64,000 nt of DNA, taken from assembly GCA_907165135.1 (NCBI GenBank), contig OU015567.1, forward strand, positions 4,588,001 through 4,652,000. Reading direction: 5' to 3'. Of the stretch, positions 23,036 to 33,488 are shown one piece after another. Below the pieces are notes generated by a model that was not told where the DNA came from, did no database searches, and saw nothing but the letters and a program-made list of their open reading frames with translations. Within the stretch, counting starts at the first letter, position 1; the number at the start of each line of letters is the position of its first letter. Source of the DNA: Oikopleura dioica. Lineage: Eukaryota; Animalia; Chordata. The position numbers were made by a program, and so were the translations under genes.

Positions 23036-23435
23036 AATCTGCCGAGTGCAGTTATTTTGTGATTTGAAATCACTGATTTCCGGACCCATAAAAGGCTTTT
23101 CGATAATCCATATCAATAAAAGAATATTTATTCATTTTTCTCATCTGAAAAAGTGTCTTCTGAATAAATGTCGACTTACTGCTCAGTTACATTGGCTCGG
23201 TGAAGTTGTGGGCGACCGCAGCGTAAAATCAGCAAAATTTAGCAAATTTTCTCATCACGAAAATGGTGTATTGTGTGTGATGGCCGCAATTTCGCGTCGC
23301 CTAATTAATCCATCAGCCTCCCTTACCTTCCGCATTTCAAGGCATTTGCATAGCTGTACATTTTCACGTCAAACGCATAAGATTTTTTCTTCCTGATTCT
23401 AGAGCAACACATTCTAGAGATACTAAATATTTTCT

Positions 23436-26138
23436 ATGAAGACCTTTATATGGATGCTTGGCGCGATAGGAACGAGTTCAGATCATTTATGAAATTATTT
23501 TTCTATAATTCAAAAAATACGACAAATTTTTATTCAACTGAAAATTTTTGAAAGATAAGCTTACTCAAAACTCTTTATCAGGCGTTTCAAGCTTCAATCT
23601 CGACCCTACTCCACCCAACAACTACACCACCTCCACCAAGGGTTGTCCCTGTTTCTTCGATCAGAAGAAAACCACTGAATGCCCTTGCTGCGTCGATGAA
23701 AATTCCTGCCCATGCTCCGTAAGTGCCAATGCCTCCTCTTCCTAGATGGATTATTTTTCAAATTCAGTGGCCTTACGACGACAGATGTGGAGATTGCAAT
23801 ACCGGACACGGTTGCCTTCCGGAGCCGATCAATATTGATACGCTTTCCGATCGCGGTTGCACTTGTCAGGATGACGATATTTTCGGGCTAGAGAAGGGGA
23901 GCTGCGCTTGTTGTACACCCTACAGTCATTCCGGGAAGCACATTTGTCCCTGCGCATATCCTTATCATGTAAGCCTGAAGCTCGAAAATAACCTCCTAAA
24001 TCTCTATCTTAGCATATGTGTGTCGAGTGTAGTGAAGCCCAAAGCTGCGGAAACCACATCGAAGCCGCTCTGTACCAAGAACTGTACCCAAACTACTTCA
24101 AACCAGTCCAAGCATCGGAATCACTAATGCTCTCTGACGTGAGATCCGATCGTGAAATCGCGCCGGGGTCGAACATCTGCCACGAAATTCCACACAAGAT
24201 CGAGAACGGTTTTACAATTTGCGACAAAATCCCAAAAAAGGGAAAAGCATGCGTGTTCTTCTGCGATGATGGTTACCAAAGAGTGGGAAATTACAGGAAC
24301 GAGTTTTTGATGTAAAGACTTTTTGAGACTTCTTCAGCTTTTATTAATCTTTTCTGATAGTTTTATCATCGCCATAAACTTGATAATAGGGCGGAGTGTG
24401 TGTGCTCGGAGCTGGGATGTAACTGGAATGATGAGCCGGGCTATGAGATGCCGTATTGCGTCAAGGATGCCTGTGCAGATGAGCCTTGTCAGAATGGAGG
24501 CACTTGCAAAGCTGATGAAGGAAATGTTTGTATAGAAGCATTGATATTTTGACTATTGTAACTTACAATTTGTAAGTATCAAAGAAAATCAGTTGAACAA
24601 CATGAAAAAGATGGATTTACTTGCGATTGTAAGCCGGGATACCTTGGAACTCTCTGCGAAGTCGAACTGATGGCGGATTTTGTCGGCGGTCTATTCGGCG
24701 ATGATATCATGGAAGAACCAATGAGCTCACCAACCGACGCTCCTGAGTTCCGTGTCGTTTCTCCTCAGACCACGACTACTGCTGTAAGAGAATATGACGA
24801 AGAGGAAGAGGAGGAGGAAGAGGAAGATGTTCAATCGACTTCTGTTGGGCGATTCGCGAGACGAAAAAAATTCGGAAAGAATAAAGATCGAAATACGTGC
24901 CCGCCCTTGGACGGCGGCGAAAATGGAGGACTCAGGTGCACAAAAGGCTTTAAAAAATCTTCTACTTGTCATTTGGTCTGCGATGACGGTTTTACTCCGT
25001 CAAATACGAAGTTCTCTAAGCCCAGATGCATCTGCAATTCCAATAGGAAAGAGCGCGAAAACCATTTCTCTTCAATAATTGTTATGATAATTTTCAAGCT
25101 CGAAGAAAGATGCTCCTGGGACCGGTCAAACTCGTTCAAGCTGGCAAAATGCTCCGCTTGGCCAAAACCAGAAGGCGAAAACGTGAACGACGCGATTGTC
25201 AACAGCGATAATAGTCAACGAATGTTCGTTCAACAAACGAAATGCCCTCCTCTGACAAAACCGGCGAATGGAAATGTTCGTTGCACAGAAGTCAACAAAG
25301 ATGGTAATGAAGCATGTCAAGGCAGCTTTATAAAGAAATTTAAGGGTCTCGATGTCAGTTTTTGTGCAAATCTGGATTCAATGTTTCGAAAGCTAGATTT
25401 GCCCGCTGCGCATGTGTTGATGGCAAATGCATGTGGAACAAGGTTCGTTTTGGCTCTAGAAAAAGGCGTGAAGAAATTTTTTAGGAAGAATTTTACACAG
25501 AACCACTTTGCGAGGACAAAGATGAATGTGCTCTTGGAAATCATAATTGCGCCGCGGACATGCATTGTGTCAACAAACCTGGATCATTTTTTGTGAGTTT
25601 TCATGATAAAAGAAAGTCATTTCTTGACAATTTTTCAAGTGCGTGGAATCTGATTCCCAAGTCCTCCGACGATGCGATTCAAATCCTTGCGGACGAGCTG
25701 GAATTTGCTCGATAACTGCCGCGGGCTACAGATGCGAGTGCAAAGATGGATTCAGATTTGCTCAAGGAACATGTGTCGATGTTGACGAATGCGAAGTTGG
25801 CATTGATAAGTGTTTTTCAAAAGCGATGTGTGAGAACTTCGAAGGTGGCTATTCGTGCAGATGCCCATCCGGCTATGGTGATGGTTTGACCGAGTGCTTA
25901 GGGTCAAAGTAAGCGACTTTTCCAAAATTATCCACCGAAAATGAACTTCAGGGACGATTTGACTTGCACTCAAAAACGCAGTTTCCGAACAAATCCCCTC
26001 CCAAACTACGTTGCTCCCAACGCTTGCTGCCTTTCCACCCCGTTCAACACCGATTTGAACTGCTGCTGCGAAGGAAAATTGCACCCAATTGATGGCTGCC
26101 CCTGCATGGCCGCCGATTATTCTGACATTCAATATTAA
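23436..26138 (+). CDS. Secreted modular protein: 2 Cys-rich repeats, 3 CCP/sushi, EGF and cbEGF modules, C-terminal CC..CC motif
   Basis: Signal MKTFIWMLGAIG; KGCPCFFD...ECPCCVDENSCPC and RGCTCQ...SCACCT...ICPC; sushi CHEIPHKIENG...CVFFCDDGY, CPPLDGGENG and CPPLTKPANG; EGF CADEPCQNGGTC and CDSNPCGRAGIC; cbEGF DVDECEVGIDKC...CENFEGGYSCRC; ends ACCLSTPFNTDLNCCCEGKL...QY*. Confidence 0.8.
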
Positions 26139-26339
26139 CGACTCATTGCATCCACTGTTTCACTTCGAAATAAATTCGGAGTACATGAAGAAAAAAAAAT
26201 ATTTTTCTCTCTTATTGTAAATAATTTCAATAAACGTTTTCTTCCTTATAAAAATTCTGGATTTATTTCAAAAGCCTTTAAAAGTACAGATTTTCATTGA
26301 ATGGGCAGTGTAAATATGATGCAGAAAGCAGTTAATGTT

Positions 26340-26597
26340 TTACTGTCGTCTGTGATAATGCGAAAATTTTTCAATTCTATATCCATTTTTATCGTCGCCG
26401 ACGACTTTTCTGTAGCTCTGTTCTCGGATCATTTGCTGGATCTTAGCGTACTGTCGCTGACTCAACCCTCGATTTCGTTGAGTAAACCAGCCGCGGGGGC
26501 CGCGTTTCAAGTGACTGTGGCTGGCTCTTCGTACTGGAGTGGCGGCGATGATGGCGAGGAGGGTCGAAAGGATGAAGAAGATTTTCTGGAAGTTCAT
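26340..26597 (-). CDS. Small secreted cationic peptide precursor (85 aa)
   Basis: MNFQKIFFILSTLLAIIAA signal followed by TPVRRASHSHLKRGPRGWFTQR...HYHRRQ*. TATAAA on the minus strand at 26687-26692 and AATAAA downstream at about 26262-26267. Confidence 0.6.
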   Translation of the reverse strand: MNFQKIFFILSTLLAIIAATPVRRASHSHLKRGPRGWFTQRNRGLSQRQYAKIQQMIREQSYRKVVGDDKNGYRIEKFSHYHRRQ

Positions 26598-27084
26598 TTT
26601 TTCGTTTCTTTTCTTTGGTTTTTCAGTTTTCGAAGTTTTTTGGTTCAAGATTTTTTTGGTTCTGGTTTACTCGAGTTTCGAGCTCGTTTATAAATGCGTC
26701 AGGGATCAATATAATTAATCAAGAATATTTTCGCGAGAAGAATATCACGGTCATTTTCAATACGTCTCAATAGAATCATCCGACGACCAGCTTACAGAGA
26801 TCAACGAGGACAATGGCAGAAGTCAAGTGATTTCCACTGATCAATAATTTAACAGTTAACGGAAACTATAATTGTGGTTTCATTCAAGAAGAATTTTATT
26901 TTCTGAATTCTAGAAAGGTCAATCATGAGCATCTTCGTCTTCGATCTTTTTCTGTTGGCAACTTTCTTCGGTGTCTCCATCTCTTAGTGATCATATCAGT
27001 AGGAAGCTGAGGAAAATTATTGATTCTTGTTTTTTGAGGAATTTTCTAACAGAAACTTTGCTTTGATTTATTTTCCAGAAAGTA

Positions 27085-28023
27085 TTAGAGATCAGTGAAT
27101 GTGTTGAATTTGTACCAGCCCCGATGGTGGAAACGAAGACATTTGACGGCATTGTCGATCTCAGATTGTTCTCGGCGCTTGAAATCTATGACTTGAGTCA
27201 TGTCACGATTGAGATTCGGCGCAAGAAAGACAGGCCAGATGTATCGAATTCGACCCGGGTTGCTTCTTACCCGGTGATAAACCGCTAAAATATATGTTTT
27301 GATAAAACCCCGTGAAGATCGCTACCATTTATTTTTCCATCGGAAAAGTGTTCCATCAAGTTTCCGAAATTAATAAATAAGCAATTTACCATTGGCTTTA
27401 CCGGGTACCACTCGCCGTCATACTGTATTTCAAGGCCACCGGTAGAATCTTGCTTTAAAATCGTCATCATACAGTTGTCATAATGGGACTTTGTTCCCAT
27501 TTTTCCAGGGGGAGTTTTCTCATAAAAAAGAGCATCAAGGATAGCTCCATTGGGATCATTATTGTCGAGCAAACTGCCAGAAGTGAAGTTGAGGGCTTCT
27601 TCACAGAGCTCTAGAAGAGAATAGCCGAGATTGGAAATTGCTTTCAAATAATCATAGAAGACGGTGTCAACTTTGTTTTCGTCCAATTTGATCGAGTTGT
27701 TTCTATTCAAATATAATGCCTTTTACGCTAATAAATACAAACGGTGAATTTTTGAAAGCTTCATCTTGAAAAATATCGCCCTCAGCTAACAACTTCCCTT
27801 GAGAATCCTTGATTTTCATCCTTTGCTCGTCTGTTGCTCTGTAAATATTCTCAGAAGCAAGCTCCAAGCGTTTGGTAAGAGTTTCCGGAACATCGTGATT
27901 TTTGAGGATAAAGAAACCGAATTCGCTAAGTGCCCTAAAAAGTTGCTCTCGAGTTTCTTCATCTCTCTTTTTTAAGAGCTCAAAATCGATAATTGGAATT
28001 TCAAAGGATAAATACTCTGACAT
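27085..28023 (-). CDS. 2-oxoglutarate/Fe(II)-dependent oxygenase (IPNS/DIOX_N-type)
   Basis: IPIIDFELL...SEFGFFILKNHDVP (DIOX_N), then KSHYDNCMMTILKQDSTGGLEI...WYPVKP...INFGNLMEHFSDG|AVYHRV, giving the HxD...H iron triad. Confidence 0.85.
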
Positions 28024-29353
28024 GGCGTTTTTTTTAAAATTGACTTCCGGTTTGACTCTATCAAGGAAAATAGCGATCTACAGTGATGATCCAAGTAGAG
28101 ACCTTACAATAGGGTCCAGGTTGGAATTTGACTCGGAAGGAAGGTTTGGGTTTAAAGGTTGTAAAAGCAGTCGTTATAAGTAAAAGTGGCTGGTCCCGCT
28201 GAGATCTGTCCCTCTGGTGGCGCGTACCACTCGCGTGTCACCGATAATTGCTCAGCACTTTGCGCTCCGAGCAGATTTCAGATTGAAGAGAGAATTTGGC
28301 CTTTAGGGTCAAGCAAGACTCAGTTTTCATCATGTCATTTGTCAACAAAATTTATAGAACGCTATCAGGTTAGATCAAGTTTTTGAAAAACAAAAAAAAA
28401 TCAACAAGAAAATCCAATTTTTTTTTGTGAAAAAAATCAAAAAAAAAATTAAATTTTTGCGAAAATTATTGCGTAAGCATCTTTAAAATGCACTTATCAA
28501 CCTGCTGTTTTACTATAAAAAATTGGTAATTAAATTAAAGAATATTTTTGAAATTATCATTTATGCATTTTTAAAGCAAAAAAATACATATGTATATGTT
28601 TATGTTCTATAGAAGACGTCATTACTGTCAGCTTTATGCTGAAAAATAAGCAATTTGAGTCATTTCTACACATATCAAAAAGATTCAAACGGATTATCAT
28701 CAATTTTTCAGGTCGATCAAAAACGAATTGCATCGCCGTCCTCCTCCCGTTGACATCAGTCGTCGACGAAGCCGTCCTGGATAATCGCTCAAAGGGAAAT
28801 TGTCAAATTGTCTAGGAATCTAGTAATTAAGTAGAGATCGTTAAGTATTTTTTTCAAATGGACTTAACTTCCGTAGAAGCATTAATAAGCCACTAAAGAG
28901 GCTACAAAAGTATTTTATGATTGTCGCGAGATTGGCATCTCGCCCTCGCTGTCTGAGGAATGTTATTCCTTTTCGAGGCCTCGTTAAAAATATTCAGCAA
29001 GGGCGCTCTTTTTGTTTCGATAACTGAGTTTCGATAACAATGAAGAATAAATTGACACCTGCATTTCGTTATTTTCAAATAACTTATCAAAAAAACGAAG
29101 TCTGTTAATAGGGACTACCTTTGAAATTATTCGTTAAAAAAAATAAGAATATAAAATAATCATAATTATAAAAAATATCATTTTAAAAAAATATTTTTTA
29201 AAATTTTTAATTTTTTTAAAAAAATTATTTAAAAAATTAATTATCAAAAATATTAATGAATAATTTAAAAATATTTTTGACAAAATTATCACAAAATTTT
29301 TAAAATTTGTAAAAAATATTTTTTGTATAATTTCTTTTGACAACACAAAATAG

Positions 29354-31099
29354 GAATTCACGGCCTACAAAAAAGAGCTAGAAAATGACATGGTTCGAAT
29401 CCTGGAACAAGCGCCTGGATTAGCCCGAGTTCACATTTTGAACTTTCAAACGACCGATCAGGGCTCAGAAGCCAGGTTGTACTTATGGCTCGTAAAAGCA
29501 CGATTTTGCGTATTTCTCCGCAGAAAAATCGTCCCAAATGAAGCTTGAATGTCAAAAATTATTTCAGGTTGAATTTCTTCTTTTACAAAAAAGACACCGA
29601 AGAGGCCGAGGAAAAATCGTCACTGACCCTTTCCGAGGCTTTGACACGCTGGTTCGAGCTTGAATGGGTGAAAGAAAATTACGAAGCAGCGAGCAAATTT
29701 GGCACTCCCAAAGTTATGGCAGGTAATCCTTGTTGATTTATTCGGCGAGATTGTATTAAAGCCGTTCATTAGTTGAGGACTTAAAAGCGGAAGAAATTGT
29801 CAAGGAAGCGATCAAGGAGGCGCAGGAAAAAGCAGCCGATTCCTCAAGTTCTTCAAGCAGCGACGACTCAAAATCATGTTGTGAAGACCAAGCTGCTCAG
29901 GAAAATGACAAAAATTTTGTCCTAAAAATAATTAACCACTTTCAATTATTTCAAATATTGTTGAAATTGGCATCCAAAAAAGGAACCTGAAGAAAATACC
30001 GAGCCCGTTCCCGAGCAAAAGTCTGAACCCGAGCAAGCAATCGTCGCTGAACCAACACAAACCTCTGAGCCCGAGCCTGTGCCAGCCGAACCAGAACCAA
30101 AACAGCAAGAAGAAGCCGAACCAGAGCAAGAAACACAAGAAACTCAAGAACAAGAAGCCGTCAAATGCGATTCAAAATCATCATCAAACTCTTCGTTGTC
30201 TTCAAATTCCTCCGGGAGCTCTAAAAAATCCCAGAAACTATCATTTCTAAAAAGAGATTGGCTAGCTTGCTGTGGAACCAAGGAACCAGCGGCGCCAGTT
30301 CAAGAAAAAGCAGTAGAAGAGAAAATTGAAGAAAATGTAAATTTTGTAGTTATTTGCTACTTATTTCTTGAGCGAATTTTTCAGGTCGAAGAATCCCCAG
30401 AAATAGAGCCAAAGAAACCGTCTTTTTTCCAGAAAGATTGGTTCGCCTGCTGCAGCGGTGAGAAAAAAGAAGATCTAGAAGGAAACAAGCAACCAGAAGA
30501 AAATGGAAAGCCCGAAGTTTTGCAAAAACTCGACGAAGCAGTCGAAGATCTTCAAAAGACCCAAGAACCAGAAGCAGCCCAAGAGCAGGAAAAATCAGAA
30601 GAAATGGTAAAAACTGAAGAACCAGAGAAACAAGAGCCCGAACAAGAGCCAGAACCAGAACAAGAAACGAAAGATATAGAAGTTGCTGAAAATGCCCCAG
30701 AAAAAGAACAACCCAAAAAAGGTTATTGCATTACTGTCATCTCTTCCTCAATTTAATCATCTTTTAGAGTCGACCTTTGGCTGTTGCGAGCTCAGAAAAC
30801 TCATCCGAAAAACAGAGCAAAAATCAGAAGAACCGAAAGCCAAAGAACCAGAAGGACCAGAACCAGCTGCACCGGAAAAAGAAGAAAGCAAAACAAAAAT
30901 GACCTGCTGCGGACTCCGCCAAAAATCAAGCCCCGCTACTGACAAGCGAGAACAATCAGAAGACCCGGTAGAACAGAAAGAATCGCTCATCGAAGTTCCC
31001 AAACTCGAACCAATCAAAGAAGAATCAAGAACCGGATCGGAGCAGCTAAAAACCGACATCGCATCTGAGCAAGTTCAAAAATCTCAAACCACCAAATAA
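29354..31099 (+). CDS. E/P/K/Q-rich low-complexity protein with repeated Cys-Cys motifs and a possible SEA-like segment (5' end uncertain)
   Basis: Exons at 29354 (EFTAYKKELENDMVRILEQAPGLARVHILNFQTTDQGSEAR), 29568, 29771 and ORFs 30079 and 30683. Motifs KSCCED, WLACCGTK, WFACCSGEK, FGCCEL, MTCCGL. Confidence 0.55.
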
Positions 31100-31614
31100 T
31101 GCCTCAGTTTACCACTTCTTTTTTCCTACTAACTCGTTTTTTAAAAAATAAATATAAAAAAATCTCAAAAAAATCCGCTTTTTCAATGACGCGTGGCAAA
31201 AAACAGTTCATCATCGATTTTGAATTTGATGAATAATTTGCTTTTTATGCGATTTAAAATTCACCATCGTCTCTTTTTCAACCGTCATAAACCTCTCGTA
31301 ATTTCACGTAATTAGAAACTCCTCTAGAATTTTAACCACCAGGCAGTCCAAATAACTTTCTTGCCGCTAAATTATATCTTTTCCAAATTTTTCTGTCTTT
31401 TATCTTTCTAGGAGGATACTCGATTCGATTTGATAAGTTGCTATTACAACATAACGGTAACGGACGTGTCTCGCTTTTATATCTCTATTTGAGTTGCCAC
31501 GAGTTCAGACGGTTGAAGTTCAGAAAGGGTTAAAAAGGCTGAAAAAAGCTTCAATTAACAGGAAAAATAACAAAATAAGGGGGGAACAAAGGAGGGTAAG
31601 CGCTGGGCGGGGAA

Positions 31615-31840
31615 CCCTGTTTACAAAACCTGAGTCAGGCTACATATAAAGAAGCTTCAAATCCTGACTCAGGGTTAGGTCTGGGCAGGGAACCCTGTCT
31701 AGAAAATCTGAGTCAGGCAAAATTTAAAGCTGCTTCAAATCCTGACTCAGGGTAAAGTCTTGGCGGGTTACCCTGTCTTGAAAACCTCAGTCAGGCTTTA
31801 CAGAAAACTGCTGCAAACCCTGACTCAGTGTTTCTAGACT
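31615..31840. repeat. Family C palindromic repeat, three tandem units
   Basis: Three iterations of aaa(a)cctgagtcagg...cctgactcag. Confidence 0.7.
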
Positions 31841-33488
31841 GGTCTTTCACAGGTCAGTTTTTGTTAATAATTTATTGGCCGATCTTATAAACTATAATTC
31901 ATTATGCTACAACATACCTATTTGCTAATTTTTGAGAGCGGGAAATAACAACAAGAGTGCGGAATTTAGTAACTTGAAGAATCTAACTTACAAAAATACG
32001 AACAAGGATTGAGGCTTCAAAGCAAAATTCTCCACTCCAACTCTCTTTTCTTTGAAAAAAGAGTTTTTTCCCTTTGAAGATAATAGATTTGTTAAATCTT
32101 CGGCGAAATATTGAGCATGTTCCGTGGCGCGCCACGTGACAGCGCTTGAATGCGCGCGGGGCCAAGATCGCTCCTTGACCCAGCATGCTCGAAAATACCG
32201 ATGCCAGCCGTTTAGACATTTCAGTGAACGTTTTCGCTTCCGTTTTTACTCACCGCCTAAAAATGTTCTCTTTTACCGAGATTTTTGACCTTTCAAAACA
32301 ACGTTTTTTGAATTGCACGTGAGCTGGTCGAATACTGATAACCTTTTTGGTCGGAAAAGATAAGAAACAGGAAAAAATAAATAAAAAAATTCTTTACTTT
32401 TATTTAATTTTTTTATAAAAGAAAATTATTTTAAAAAGCGATAGTAAAATTGAAAATCTGGCTTTAAAGCCAATCAAAGGGTTCATTTTTGTTTCCTAGC
32501 CAATCAAAAGGGCGGAAACTTGGAATTTTTATATGAACTTCTTTTTATCATTTTTGAGCATCTTTAATTTTGAAGAGTGGTTTAGAAAAGCGCGTGGAAA
32601 TCAAAACTCTGAGCTTCTCTCAAAAAACGAGTTTCCCACTTTGTCCAAACGGTGGCTTCCGATTACCGGAAATCTCGAATAATAAATCATGCAGATTATT
32701 ATGCAGGCAATCAACGATGTCATGGCCGAGGTCACGTTCTAAACAACCTTTCTTTTTTTACAAATTCTGCAAATTACAAATTTTAAAATTTAATTAATTG
32801 AATCGAAAAATTGACGATTGGCTTGGAGGTTCCACGAAATTGAACACGAATGAAAAGAAGAAGAAGCGTAAGTCAATGATTATAATGGACTTGTGATTTG
32901 TTGAGCTTAGGGGTGTTCCTCGAAGCTGAAGCAGCAATTTGGCACGGACGGCGGCAAAGCGGATAACAGGCGGCTGCAAAGACCGATCGCCACCCGCTGA
33001 TCAAATATTCCACCAAAGCGCTATTTTTTCACTGACTTGGCGTTTTTTAATGAATAATAGCTCTCAAAAATTTTCATTTGAAATGAATTTAGAATAATGA
33101 ATAATCATGTATAAAGAGTTAATTTGAAACTTCATTTTTTTAAAATATGAAATAAAATTGGGGATCGAAAATTTCATTCACTTTTATGGTTTTTCTTTTT
33201 TTTTGAAGAATGAATTTCGATAAAATTTTGTTGAGCAAAATTAACCTTATCCTCGAAAAAGCAACTTCCGGAAGTCCTAGTGGCCAGCCGCGAAACAGTT
33301 AATCCAATAATCATTGTCTCCCTTATCCTCGAAAATTCGTGCTTCCTCTGAGGGCGCTGTTCCGCGGCCCGTTCCGCGCGGAACTTCGACGCTGCGTCGA
33401 GTTAAAGAACTGTCTCCTGAAGCTCTACCATCTTCAACTGAAACTTTTTGAAAGGAAAAGAGAAAAATCGAAAGCAGAATTTTCGATT

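Noticed and set aside
28345-29030. Possible upstream exons of the 29354 gene (MSFVNKIYRTLS|GRSKTNC...)
   Set aside because: The frame could not be carried through without assuming additional sequencing errors.
29130-29340. ORF 29134-29361 and the extreme AT stretch (similar stretch at about 42880-43070)
   Set aside because: Low-complexity A/T intronic or intergenic sequence giving F/K/I/N-biased pseudo-ORFs.
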